A stretch of 64,000 nt of DNA. It comes from Podarcis muralis. Lineage: Eukaryota. Shown piece by piece: positions 11,859 through 23,648 of the stretch (positions within the stretch are counted from its first letter, which is position 1; each line of letters begins with the position of its first letter). The position numbers were made by a program, and so were the translations under genes. The notes under the pieces were generated by a model, which was not told where the DNA came from, ran no database searches, and saw nothing but the letters and a program-made list of their open reading frames with translations. The stretch is taken from NCBI RefSeq assembly GCF_964188315.1, contig NC_135656.1, forward strand, positions 106,268,001 to 106,332,000, written 5' to 3'.

Positions 11859-12544
11859 TTTCTACCCCGCCCATTTGAGTTGAAACAGTCCAATTCCCCC
11901 CCCCCCCCCGCACTCCTGTTGCAAAGGGGGATGTTAACAGTGCAGATTAAGAGAAATCTCAGGGAAACTGATAGGCCAGAATACCAGCCAGAAGTAATTT
12001 GGAAAGAGTGTCTTCCAGAACAAACCAACAAACAAAAATGTATAAAATTGGGAGATATAAAACCTCAGATACAAGAATGACCATATCTCTCTTTGTTTTG
12101 TTTTACATTTCCTAGCCATGGAAACTCATGAAAACACTTTTGTGAGTATTGAAAAAAGTGTGTGGCTTTCTTCTTGGACCAGAGCAATGACAGAATGTCC
12201 TCCTGTGGCACGTTAAAGGAAAGCAAACTCATTGCGGTAGCGGTTTTTGTGGGCCGGATGCCACTTCGGTGCATGCTTGACCCTTGGGGTCCCTTACAGC
12301 TCTACAGATCTATGAACCAAGTCATCCTTTGTGTCAGCAAATGCATCTACTGCGGCCTGTAAACTTGACCCGTCCATCAAAATTTCATCCCACCGATGAA
12401 GAGACCTGTTATCTCAAAATGGACCGCCTACCTTCCACCTCACCTCAGGTGGCTTTCCACTCGAGTTTGGAGGTTTCGTCGTTTCATATTGTGAGGTTTT
12501 CCTCGGAATTCCTGTGGTAATTTTTGACTGTTTTGCAGCCAGAG

Positions 12545-12855
12545 CAGCGCCGGATTTATGTATAAGCTAAACAAGCTATAGCTTAGGGCCCTACTCTCTT
12601 GGCCCTCCCCGCTCAAAAAAAATTCACTATTAATATACTTCTTCTTAATTGTATTTCAGTTCAACAATTACTTTGATCAAATACATATTTTGTTATGTGC
12701 AAATGGCTTTAGATACCTATTAAGTCCATAAATTACCACATAGCATATATTCAACACTAAAAACAGCAACAGTTTGTTGTTGACAAAGGACAGCTGGATA
12801 TATAAAGGGCCCCATTCCCTTCAGTAGCTTAGGGCCTCATCAAACCTAAATCCGG
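12545..12855 (-). mobile_element. Non-autonomous hAT element (same family as 8298-8784)
   Basis: Reverse complement of the 8298/32140 family with cagcgccggattt terminus. Confidence 0.8.
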
Positions 12856-12941
12856 TGTTATCCCCACTTTTTTAGGAAAAGCTGGAGACGGTTTCTAGGA
12901 GATAAAAATAGGACTCTTCCTTCTGGGGCAGAAGGTTTTTC

Positions 12942-13556
12942 ATGGAAGCACCGCCACAGCCAAGAACATCGGGTATAAGGAAGGAGTACCCGTGCCCGGA
13001 GTGCGGGAGGAATTTTAAACGAAACTCTCACCTTGTCCGACATAAACGGCTCCACACGGGCGAAAAGCCTTACAAATGCCCGGAGTGTGGGAAGAGCTTC
13101 CGGCAAAGCACGGATGTTAATACACACAGGAGAATCCACACAGGAGAAACGCCCTTTCACTGCAACCAGTGTGGGAAAAGCTTCCGCTACCGGACGGGTC
13201 TCGTGAAACACGTGAGGGGCCACGAGGAGGAGAAAGCGAAGGCCTGCCGGAGTTGCCTGGAATGCGGGAAAATCATCAGCGGCACTTTAGTCTCCGTTGC
13301 CAGCCAGACGTCCCACGCGGTGGGAAGATCCCATAAATGCCCCGACTGTGAGAAAAACACCCAAGAGAGCTCCCATCTTGTCGTGCACATACCGGGCCGT
13401 GCAACGGAAGAAAACTATATGTGTCCCGACTGCGGAGAAGGGTTTTGCCACAGCTTTCAGCTTATTGGACACAGGAACCTCCACGCCAGTGAGGAAATTC
13501 TGTATTCATCTGTGTTTGTTTCTGGGTCGTACCACTTTGCTCCAAGGGAGCGCTAA
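12942..13556 (+). CDS. C2H2 zinc-finger exon (3 intact fingers, 2 degenerate, 1 near-intact); may be decaying
   Basis: [73 protein letters not shown], then fingers lacking His ligands. An in-frame TAG lies at 12909-12911 upstream of the ATG. Confidence 0.8.
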   Translation: [204 protein letters not shown]

Positions 13557-13637
13557 GTGCGCACGCTGTGGGATATGCTTAGCGCATTGCCACCTCTGAT
13601 CCTTATGGGCATAGGGTGCATAAACTGGGAGTCCCAG

Positions 13638-13881
13638 TACAGTGGTACCTCGGTTTAAGAACAATCCTGTTTGCAAACAATTCGGTTTACGAACTTCGCA
13701 AAACCGGAAGTAGTGTCCCGGTTTGTGAACTTTACCTTGGTCTAAGAACGGAAGCCGAACGGTGGAAGGGCACCGCAGTGGGAGGCCACATTAGGGAAAG
13801 TGCGCCTCAGTTTAATAATGGTTTCAGTTTAAGAACAGACTTCCGGAATGGATTAAGTTTGTAAACCGAGGTACCACTGTA
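13638..13881. mobile_element. Tigger-like MITE
   Basis: TIRs cagtggtacctcggttta and taaaccgaggtaccactg with TA flanks. Confidence 0.85.
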
Positions 13882-14059
13882 TATGTGTTGCCTCTTCACC
13901 CTTCATGTGCCTTTCTCACTTCCAGCACCTTGCCTCTGTCACCCCCACTGCTTATGGGGCCAGGACGTGCAAGCTCTATTGCATTCCATTGCCTCTTCAT
14001 TGTTTCTTTTTGCCTTGTGGTTCCCTTGTGTTACAGTCTGAATTTTGTGGGATGCCAGT

Positions 14060-14268
14060 GTCAATCCGTTCAACTTCCAGAATTTTCGGAAACCAAGGCG
14101 TGGCTTCCGATTGGCTGCAGGAAGCCGCTGCAGCCAATCGGAAGCTGCGTCGGACGTTCGGGTTCCAAAGAACGTTCGCAAACCGGAACACTCACTTCTG
14201 GGTTTGTGGCGTTTGGGAGCCAAAACATTCGACTCGCAAGGCGTTCGGGATCCGAGGTATGACTGTAC
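14060..14268. mobile_element. Tigger-like MITE fragment (related copy at 19396-19590)
   Basis: Internal palindrome cttccgattggctgcaggaagc..gctgcagccaatcggaag; ends in gtatgactgta. Confidence 0.6.
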
Positions 14269-14509
14269 AGTAAAATACCGTATGTAAAAAATAAATGAAG
14301 CAAAAAAAAGAAAAGAAAAGCCGATTGAAAATCAAATCTAACAATGGCTGTGACGGGAAGAAAAATCACTAAGTGGTTTACCAAGACCACCATCCATTTT
14401 TGAGCGGTCTGTGGGTGGAAAAGTTTGGGAACTGCTGGAATAAAAGATGTAAATGTTGTTGACCATAATAGTTTTATTACATAATGTATAATGAAATAAT
14501 GAAGATCTG

Positions 14510-14650
14510 TATCTCGGCGGTAGAGCATGCAGAAGGCCTCAGGCTCAATCCCTGGCCTCTGCAGACTGGGGAGCAGCTGCTAGTCAGTGCAGGCAGTACT
14601 AACCTAGATGGGCCAGTGGTCTGACTCAATGCAAGGCAGCTTCCTAAATT
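14510..14650 (+). mobile_element. tRNA-derived SINE fragment (Squam3-like)
   Basis: gcagaaggcctcaggctcaatccctggc...ctagatgggccagtggtctgactcaatgcaaggcagcttcct. Confidence 0.55.
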
Positions 14651-14669
14651 CCTGCTAGAATAATAAATT

Positions 14670-15270
14670 AATAATAATAAATTTTTATTTATACCCCGCC
14701 CTTCCCGGTTCAGAAAACCAGGCTCAGGGCGGCTAACAACAAATTTAAAACACTTAATTGATGCAATGAAAAACAGCATAAAATACAGTATGAAACGTGA
14801 ATAATAAATTCAGAATTCAAAAATCAATTTAGGGGGGAAATCCATCCAATAAACATTAGGTGATCACCAGGGCTAGCTGGCTAAATTAGTCCTATTTGGG
14901 CTAGCGAGGAGACCAGGGGAGAATTAGCTGTGGGATCCCAGAGTGGGTAATCTTCATAAAAAGAGGAGGGGGAGGGAAGGAAGGGGAATAAAAGATCAGG
15001 CTAAGTTCAAGTTGAAAGGCAGGCGGAATAGTTCTGTCTTACAGGCCCTGCGGAAGGAAGTTAAATCCTGCAGGGCCCTGGTCTCATGGGACAGAGCATT
15101 CCACCAGGTCGGAGCCATCACTGAGAAGGCCCTGGCCCTGGTGGAGGATAATCTGACTTCCTTAGGGCCTGGGACCTCTGAACTATGGTTATTCATGGAC
15201 CTTAAGGTCCTCTGCGGGGCATACCAGGAGAGGCGGTCCCGTAAATACGAGGGCCCTAAGCCACAAATGC
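14670..15270 (-). mobile_element. L2 LINE 3' fragment
   Basis: Minus-strand frame ...PYLRDRLSWYAPQRTLRS...ARAFSVMAPTWWNALSHETRALQDLTSFRRACKTELF, the L2 RT C-terminus. Confidence 0.75.
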
Positions 15271-15752
15271 AATATAACACAATATTAGTAACTTCGTATT
15301 ATTTTTAAACACCCTTTTGGGTCACCGGCCATTTAGCAATGTGTATTTTCTTAATAAAAAGGTTTCTGTACTCCTGAACCAGATATTGAATGGGGAGCCA
15401 TACTTAAATGAATCAGCACTTGGCGCAAAATAAATATTTGGTAGTGGTTGTTGTTTAGGATTGCATTTGGTTTTGGTTTTTCAAAAAGGCCACTCAGGTA
15501 CACTGAGTAAGTTTACCTTTCCCTTTTCCAGCAGCAGTAGCTGTGTCATGTCCACTGATGTGAGCATAACACAGGAGGGTGTACTTACTTTGCCGCTTAA
15601 TTTTGTGGCTTTCAGAGGAGGAGCAATGGTTGTGTGGTGCTAGGAGTCATCCATCTGGGAGCAGCATCAAGGGAAATCTAGCCTAGCAGAAATCTGGCCC
15701 CTCTATAAGAACTGCTCGTTTCATCTTGTTATCTTTCCCTGCTTTGTGCCAG

Positions 15753-15866
15753 GATTTCAGATTCCTAATCCCGGTACTCTTTGCGGCCTGGAGCCGGGCG
15801 TGGCGCCTTTGCCCTCGGACCATCAGGATGAGGAGCAGAGGGAGAGTCCAGGAAGCATCTGTAGAG
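15753..15866 (+). CDS. KRAB-B-like exon
   Basis: Acceptor ctttgtgccag, donor AGAG|gtgagg; 114 nt, phase 1-1. (G)FQIPNPGTLCGLEPGVAPLPSDHQDEEQRESPGSICR resembles KRAB-B (GF.IPKP.....LE.GE.P); phase-compatible with the 17303 exon. Confidence 0.6.
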
Positions 15867-16129
15867 GTGAGGGAATCGAGAGAGCCAGCAGGAGACCCTG
15901 CTAGCTGAAGAACTGGGGGCTTCTGAAGGAGATTCTCTGCTCTACATAACTCCCTGTCTTTCCCCCTTGACTCTTAGGCCCTGTCTGCACTACACATTTA
16001 GAGCAGTTTTGTTGGCATCCGTCTTGTAAAACTTTATTCGCATTAGCCAATGGCCATAGCAACAATAAAACATTACAGTATATGCAGAAAGGGAAATTGG
16101 ATATAAGAGCACAATTTAAAGTCCCTTCT

Positions 16130-16540
16130 TCTCTTTCCATGGTTCATTTTGCATATAATAAATCCCTGCATCTTTTACATAAACTAAACCATTCCGTACC
16201 TATTCCATTATTACATCCATCAAAATGAATTTATCTTAATGCTGCCAACATTTCCAAGTGTACACAACTTCCCCACATATATTCGATAAACATTTCCCAA
16301 TCTTCTCTAAACGTATGTTGTTCTTGTTCTCTTATTCTGTATGTTAAGTCTGCAAGCTGCACATATTCTGCCAGCTTAAGTTGCCATTTTTCTATAGGTC
16401 CCATATATTGGTATATCACAATGTTTAGCTGGCGATATAACATGGTATTGAAAGACAGACATCGCTCAGCTCTAGCACACAATACGATTTGCCATAAAAC
16501 AATGAAACCAAAATCACGATATGGACTTCAATCCGTTCTT
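16130..16540 (-). mobile_element. L1/Tx1-like LINE 3' fragment
   Basis: Frame ...EKWQLKLAEYVQLADLTYRIREQEQHTFREDWEMFIEY matches the 42735-42971 frame; a partial copy lies at about 44280-44390. Confidence 0.65.
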
Positions 16541-16749
16541 GGACAATATATCTCTCAGCCCTAGTGCTGAGAGTTGTCAGGAGACTCCCTATTCCCCTCG
16601 CGGGTATTACAATTCCCAGAGTTCCCTGGGAAGAAGGACGGACAAGACTGTTAAGCCACTCTAGGAGTTGCAGCTCTGCGAGGGAAATACAGAGCAGCAG
16701 GCATGTTTTTAAATGTAATTGCTTTTTAGCACGCTTTAAACTGCTTTTA

Positions 16750-17103
16750 GGGACACGGGTGGCGCTGTGGGTTAAACCACAGAGCCTAGGACTTGCTGAT
16801 CAGAAGGTCAGTGGTTCGAATCCCCGTGACGGGGTGAGCTCTGTTGCTCGGTCCCTGCTCCTGCCAACCTAGCAGCTCGAAAGCACGTCAAAGTGCAAGT
16901 AGATAAATAGGTACCGCCCTGGCGGGAAGGTAAATGGTGTTTCCATGCGCTGCTCTGGTTTGCCAGAAGCAGCTTAGTCATGCTGGCCACATGACCCGGA
17001 AGCTGTACGCCGGCTCCCTCGGCCAATAAAGCGAGATGAGCGCCGCAACCCCAGAGTCGGTCACGAGTGGACCTAATGGTCAGGGGTCCCTTTACCTTTA
17101 CCT
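16750..17103 (+). mobile_element. Sauria SINE (subfamily A)
   Basis: Full-length copy with (ACCTTT) tail. Confidence 0.9.
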
Positions 17104-17302
17104 AAACTGCTTTTAAGGTGTTGCAACGGTAATTGCTTTTGGAATGTGTTAATCTGTTTTAGAATGTCCTTGCTTTTGTTTTTAAATTTGCGTATCTGTT
17201 TGCCATTCTGGGTTCCTTGGGGAGGAAGGGCCTGGGTATAAAGTCAAGGGGAGAATAATCGTGGCTGTCATTTCTTTTGTGACCCTGTGATTTCTGTTCC
17301 AG

Positions 17303-17928
17303 CCTGTGATGATGCTGTGCCCACGGAGCGTGAGGAAAAGGACCTCTCATCCCACGAGAGACTTTCTCGGACGTTACTGGGAAGGCTGCAGATACTGGAT
17401 CCCCGAAGGAAAGAGGCCTCTAAGGCCAGGCCCGGCTTCTCCAGGGGGCAGTGGAAACGGCCGGCGGCGAGGGGAAGGGAATCGGCGGAGGACGGGAGTG
17501 CCGCCTCTCCGGTGTGTGAGCGGTTCCTCCGCTCAGAGAGGCGGCACCTCTGCTTCATGTGCGGGAAGAGATTCCGGTACGAGTCCCACCTGGTCACTCA
17601 CGAGCGGATCCACACGGGAGAGAAGCCCTTTGAATGCAGCACCTGCCACAAGAGCTTCCGGGACCGCTCAGACCTGAGCAAGCACCAGAAAACTCACTCG
17701 GCGGACAAACCCTACAAGTGTCTTGACTGCGGCAAAAGCTTTCACCACCAGTTGACCTTTATTAGGCACCAGAGGCTTCATCCCAGGGAGAGCTCCTCCC
17801 GCGATCCGAGCCGGGTGTATTTTGCCATCCTCCCCTCGTACCACGTGGGCGCAGAGATGAGCATTGGGGATGGGACGGAGCCCCCTGAGAGCCTTGGCTT
17901 TCCTTTTAAACAAAAAGTAAGTTTCTAG
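17303..17928 (+). CDS. C2H2 zinc-finger exon (3 fingers) with a strong phase-0 donor at 17916/17917
   Basis: Acceptor tttctgttccag; CFMCGKRFRYESHLVTHERIH, CSTCHKSFRDRSDLSKHQKTH, CLDCGKSFHHQLTFIRHQRLH; AAA|GTAAGT just before the stop. Confidence 0.85.
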
Positions 17929-18081
17929 CCCTTAAGGTAGCGAAGGTGGGATTGAAAGCAATGGGGCAAAGGGGGCGGGACCAGAGATATAGGGCCTGAG
18001 TAGGTTTCCTGCAAGGGTTCTTAAGAATTCCACATCACTTGCCTCCTTGGTCCAGTATTTTCTTTTAAATGCAAGCAGGGT

Positions 18082-18082
<1 letters not shown>

Positions 18083-18121
<39 letters not shown>
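18083..18121. repeat. (CA)n microsatellite
   Basis: Read directly from the sequence. Confidence 0.95.
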
Positions 18122-18123
<2 letters not shown>

Positions 18124-18362
18124 AGAGCCAGTGTGGTGTAGTGGTTAAGAGCGGTAGACTCGTAATCTGGTGAACCGGGTTCGCGTCCCCACTCCTCTCC
18201 ACATGCAGCTGCTGGGTGACCTTGGGACAGTCACACTTCTCTGAAGTCTCTCAGCCTCACTCACCTTACAGAGTGTTTGTTGTGGGGGAGGAAGGGAAAG
18301 GAGAATGTGAGCCCCTTGGAGACTCCTTTGGGTAGTGATAAAGCGGGATATCAAATCCAAAT
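18122..18362 (+). mobile_element. Squam2-like SINE
   Basis: Same family as 585-826. Confidence 0.75.
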
Positions 18363-18646
18363 CCAAACACACAGTGAGAGAGAGAACCTTGTCTATCAAT
18401 GCTTCAGCTGTAGGAAAAGATTTCAACCCATTTGCATCAGAGTGCTTCTTGGATACTCAAAGCTGTTGAGGATGTTGAGGTTTTAGAGTACCTTTCCAAT
18501 GCCCTCTTTCCTTCGCCATTAGCTGATGAGCCCCAAGGAGACAAGGCCAGATATGGGGTGGGGGAAACCCTAAGGGCCTAGCAAGGGTGGCTGGGGCAAC
18601 CCAGTCGGATGGGTGGCATATAAAAAATAAAATGATGATGATGAAT

Positions 18647-19395
18647 TTCAGTAGGGACAAATGTAAGGTTCTTCACTTAGGCAGGAAGAACCAGCTGCAC
18701 AAATATAATATGAGGGACACCTGGCTTACTAGCAGTACATGTGAGACAGATTTCGGAGTCTTGGTGGACCACAAGCTTAACACGAGTCAACAGTGTCATG
18801 CAGCAGCAAGAAAAGCTAATGCTCTTCTGGAACGCCCTCCCACCAGATGTCAAAGAGATAAACAGCTACCTGACATTTAGAAGACATCTGAAGGCAGCCC
18901 TGTTCAGGGAAGTTTTTTATGTGTGACATTTTAATGTATTTTTAATCTTTGTTGGAAGCCGCCCAGAGTGGCTGGGGAAACCCAGCCAGATGGGCGGGGT
19001 ACAAATAATAAGTTATTATTATTATTATATAGACTGATCTGTATACTGTCCAGATCAAGGGAAGTCATAGTACCACTCTATTCTGCCTTAGTCAGACCAC
19101 ACTTGGAATACTGTGTCCAATTCTGGGCACCACAATTTAAGAAGGATGTTGACAAGCTGAAACGTGAACAGAGGTGGGTGACCAAGATGATCAAAGGTCT
19201 GGAAACTAAGCCTTATGAGGAGCTCTGAATGTTTAGCCTGGAAAGGAGGAGACTGAGAGGAGATACGATAGCCATCTTCAACTACCGTAAGGGCTGTCAC
19301 ATGGAGGAGGGAGCATGCTTGTTTTCTCCCACTCTGGAGGGTAGGACTCGAACCAGTGGCTTCAAGTTGCAAGAAAGGAGATTCTGACTAAACAT
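18647..19395 (+). mobile_element. CR1 RT C-terminal fragment interrupted by an L2 3' end (about 18820-19025)
   Basis: FSRDKCKVLHLGRKNQLHKY...QQCHAAARKANALL continues after the insert as [37 protein letters not shown], a classic CR1 motif. Confidence 0.85.
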
Positions 19396-20162
19396 TCGAC
19401 TTCCAAAGCATTCAGAAACCAAGGTGCGGCTTCCGATTGGCTGCAGGAAGCTTCTGCAGCCAATCAGAAGCCGCGTTGGATGTTCGGCTTCCAAAGAACG
19501 TTCACAAACCAAAACACTCACTTCTGGGTTTGTGGCGTTCGGGAACCAAAATGTCCAAGTACCAAGGTGTTTGGGATCCAAGGTACGGCTTTATTTGATA
19601 TGCCAATGCTATCTCACGCTTCTTTCAGTATCACTAAAAGGTATTTGTATTGAAGCTATGGCAGTATGTATGTTAGTTTCAGTTTAATTGCTTGAGGAGG
19701 ATCCCAGTTTCCGGGATGCCCAGTCCCTCTGGGACTGAGTCTCCCTGCATAAGCCTTGTGTTCATCATCTGAGACCCCTTCTACGAGTGCCGCCTATGAG
19801 GGAGGGGCAGATTGTGGCATCACGAGAACAGGCCTTTTCAGTGGTGGCTCCCCACCTGTGGAATGCTCTTGCCAGAGAGATGCGTCTGCCACTGTTTCAG
19901 GATGAGCACTTTTAGTAATGTTATTTTATGTTTCTGATGTTCTTTTAAATGTTGTCGTCTGAATCCTTTTATAATTGAAGTGAGGGGAAAATAAATGCAA
20001 TACATAACTAATGGGTTCAGCTTGGTAGATGAAATGATCTCATCTGTTCTTCTCCTGCACATTCTTGGGGTTCTTTAACACTCCCCCCAGAGACAATTTG
20101 GGGGTGCCTGAGGGGAGGCAGAGAAAGCCCTGTTGTGCTGGCAAAAACCCTTCTGTCGGCTT

Positions 20163-20480
20163 TCATTTGTTGTTTAGTCATTTAGTCGTGTCTGACTCTT
20201 CGTGACTCCATGGACCAGAGCACGCCAGGCACTCCTGTCTTCCACTGCCTCCCGCAGTTTGGTCAAACTCATGCTGGTAGCTTCGAGAACACTGTCCAAC
20301 CATCTCGTCCTCTGTCGTCCCCTTCTCCTTGTGCCCTCCATCTTTCCCAACATCAGGGTCTTTTCCAGGGAGTCTTCTCTTCTCATGAGGTGGCCAAAGT
20401 ATTGGAGCCTCAGCTTCACGATCTGTCCTTCCAGTGAGCACTCAGGGCTGATTTCCTTAAGAATGGATGCGTTTGATCTT
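20163..20480 (-). mobile_element. BovB/RTE LINE 3' end
   Basis: SILKEISPECSLEGQIVKLRLQYFGHLMRREDSLEKTLMLGKMEGTRRRGRQRTRW with (CTAAACAAC)-like tail. Confidence 0.9.
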
Positions 20481-20790
20481 TCACTAGCAGGACTCATTAG
20501 TTGAATCCCACTCTAAAATAATAAAAATATTTGAAGCACATTCCTAACCTTTGTGGGTTAAGGAAAGAGGGGGGGATTTATTATTATATTATATTACGGG
20601 GTGATAATATTCTGGAATGATAGAGTTCAGTCATATGCCTCATGGAAAATGATACCTATTGTATTTTGAATTTGAACCTGAATTCTATCGTTTTATAAAA
20701 CGCAAGTGTTTTTTTACTCGGCTACTATGCTGTCCTTTCTCAGCCCCCAAAGGCTCGAGTCATTTGTGGTTGTTCTCGTTTTGGCCTTGC

Positions 20791-21690
20791 AGGTGACAAT
20801 GTGGCAAGTGTAAGGAAGGCAGAGAGCTTTCTCTGGAGTGAATGTCCTGTGCTTTCACATAAAAAGAAGAAGAAGAGGAGTTTGGATTTGATATCCTGCC
20901 TTTCACTCCCCCTTCAGGAGTCTCAAAGCGGCTAACAATCTCCTTTCCCTTCCTCCCCCACAACAAACACTCTGTGAGATGAGTGGGGCTGAGAGACTTC
21001 AAAGAAGTGTGACTGGCCCAAGGTCACCCAGCAGCTGCATGTGGAGGAGCGGAGACGCAAACCCGGTTCCCCAGATTACGAGACTATCACTCTTAACCAC
21101 TATACCATACTGGCTCTCAACTTGGATGCTGTTGAAGAGATTTAAGAAATCACGTTCCAAGACCTGCAAAATGGAGTGGGGGCGAGAGACCACGTAAGCC
21201 ATGGAGCTTTTCCACAGAGCAAGACATCTTGCAGGAAGAGGAGGAGTCGGTCGCCTGCCGGAGATTTGATCGAAACCACGTTCCGGTTTAGAAGCCACGC
21301 AGCCAAGAAACCACAAATTGCTGGAAAGGTTTAAAGCGATACTCGTGCACCGTTGTGCGTCAAAGATTGTACGCTCTGGAGGAGTCCAGCCAAAGCACAA
21401 ATTCTAGGAACATTTTTTTAATGCAAGTTTAAAGGCTAAGAATCCCTAGAATGGCAAAATCAGACCATTTCATTGCCCTTCCGGAAAGTATGCGGTGGAA
21501 GAGAACTTGTTCTGTCAGACCTTCTTTGCTGTTCCTTCTGCAGGGTTTCCCCTCTTCCAATGTGCAAGCCTTGATTTATGTCAGAGAAGCCATGGCGGAG
21601 CAGGAACCCTTTTGATAAGAAAAGTTTCACATACAATAGGAGAAAGTTTACAAATGCCCAGAGTGAGGAAATACTGTGTTGCCAAATCCT
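20791..21690 (+). pseudogene. Decayed terminal zinc-finger exon interrupted by a SINE (20878-21117)
   Basis: Acceptor ttggccttgcag|gtgac (phase-1 GD start typical of ZF exons); remnants KRYSCTV, PFHCP and EKVYKCPE*G with in-frame stops. Confidence 0.5.
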
Positions 21691-21767
21691 ACTATTATAA
21701 AGTTACACTGTCAAGTTGCTTTGAGACTTTGGGGGCAAGAATGGTAATAAATAATATTAATAGTCAA

Positions 21768-22202
21768 TGGCGCTGTGGTCTAAACCACTGATCCTCTTGG
21801 GCTTGCCAATCAGAAGGTTGGTGGTTCGAATCCCCACGACGGGGTGAGCTCCCGTTGCCCGGTCCCTGCGCCTGCCAACCTAGCAGTTCGAAAGCAAAAA
21901 AGTGCAAGTAGATAAATAGGTACCGCTCCGGCGGGAAGGTAAACGGCATTTCCGTGCGCTGCTCTGGTTTCGGTGCTCCGTTGCGCCAGAAGCGGCTTAG
22001 TCATGCTGGCCACATGACCCGGAAAAACTGTCTGCGGAAAAACGCCAGCTCCCTCGGCCTGTAAAGCGAGATGAGTCATATGTGACTGGACTTAACCCCA
22101 GAGTCGTCTGTGACTGGACTTAACCCCAGAGTCGTCTGTGACTGGACTTAACCCCAGAGTCGTCTGTGACTGGACTTAACTGTCAGGGGTCCTTTACCTT
22201 TT
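21768..22202 (+). mobile_element. Sauria SINE with an internal 28-bp tandem amplification
   Basis: tgtgactggacttaaccccagagtcgtc occurs about 3.6 times at 22081-22180. Confidence 0.85.
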
Positions 22203-23149
22203 TTTTATAAGAGGGAAACCAGAAGTGTGGTTGTACAGTATGCTAGAAGGAATTTGCTTTTGAGGGCCCCTGGCTTCACACAGGATCCCTCTGGATGAAG
22301 GACTTACGTTCCTACTTTTTTTCCCTAGACTACCTGGCAATATGATAGACACTTGTTCATTCAGAGGTTTATAAGCAGAGGCTGGTTGGTTGCCTATCAT
22401 GGATGATGCAGCCCAGGTGCTTGTGTGTGGGGAAACCTTTGGCCCTCTGGATGCTCCTGAACTACAACTCCCATCATCCCTGGCCATTGGCTGTGCTTCT
22501 TGGGGCAGATGGGAGTTGTAGTTCATCAGCATCTGGAAGGCCAGAGGTTTCCCACGCCTGCTATAGCAGGTGGATTTCCTTTATTGGCATGGCAGGGTCA
22601 AATACAGAGTCTTTTGAAGTCCGTTCCAATGCTATGATTGCAGCATTTGGACTTTTTAGTTTAGGGGAAATAGGAGTAAGAGACAAGACGACGGATGTCT
22701 ATAAAAAGTATGCATAGGAAGGAGAAAGTGCGTCGATACAAGTTTTTCTCCCGTTCTCTCTCATAGCACTAGAACTAGCGCACATCCAGTGTAACTTGAG
22801 TGTTGGACGATTCAGTACTTATTCACACAGCAGCACCTAGTAAAATGATGGAATTTGCTTCTGCGGTGATGGCCGCCATCTTGGATGGCCTTAAAAGAGG
22901 ATTGGACAAATTCAGGGACGACAAGGCAAACAATGGCTACTGACTCTGATGGCTATTCTCTGCCTCTGCTTCTGAAGAGCGATTGCTGGAAACTGGAGGA
23001 GGGGAGAGTGGCTGTTGCGCTCAGATCATGCTTGCCGGTTTCCCACAGCCATTTGTTTGGCCACTGTGAGAACAGGATGCTGGCCTAGATGGGCCACTGG
23101 CCTGATCCAGTCATCTCTTTTCACATTCTTATGATTCTGTGACATCATT

Positions 23150-23648
23150 TGTCAGGAACGAGCCAGCGCCAAGAGAAAGTTTGCAGCCAACTGCAGAAAG
23201 CAGCCAGGAACAGAAAGGCTTAGGTGAAAGTCAGGCGGGGAGACCCGGCAGCTGCAGACTTCGGCTCTTCCACACCTTGATGGGCAGGGTGATAAGGCAG
23301 TAGCTGAGAGGAGGCTAGAGAACAGCTAAAGCTCACAGTAAGCACAAATAGGAGCGAATAGATTCAGAGACAGCCTCTCAGAACAAGAAGAGGGTGGGGC
23401 TGATTCACTAAGTCCGAGGAGTCGGCAAATGGGAGGGCTGCTAGACAGGAAGCAAAACAAGAGATGGAAAGGTCGTAAGTTCAGTATCTTCTGTTGACGC
23501 CAGAAGGAGTCTTCAGAAGGGTCATCTTGAGTAATGATGCCGGAGGCTTTGTCGGAGCCGTCCGGAGCTGTTTGTTTTTGCAATAAATCCTCCTTTTTAA
23601 TTACCTACGCTTATTGTGTTATCAAGCTGGGAACCTGGACTCCTGACA
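23150..23648 (+). mobile_element. Solo LTR (499 bp)
   Basis: Termini tgtcagga and tcctgaca form an 8-bp inverted repeat; 5-bp TSD tcatt on both sides; AATAAA at about 23581. Confidence 0.8.

Noticed and set aside
12116-12240. Possible exon/KRAB-A remnant (acceptor cctag, VAFFLDQS)
   Set aside because: Similarity too weak, with a stop in the ATG frame; cannot be supported without an HMM.
18363-18480. HSERENLVYQCFSCRKRF finger-like peptide and EDVEV KRAB-like peptide
   Set aside because: No His pair and no splice signals; may be chance.
22081-22180. CRISPR-like or other bacterial array (also 40649-40800)
   Set aside because: Contiguous units with no unique spacers, embedded in eukaryotic TEs; no cas genes; vertebrate context.
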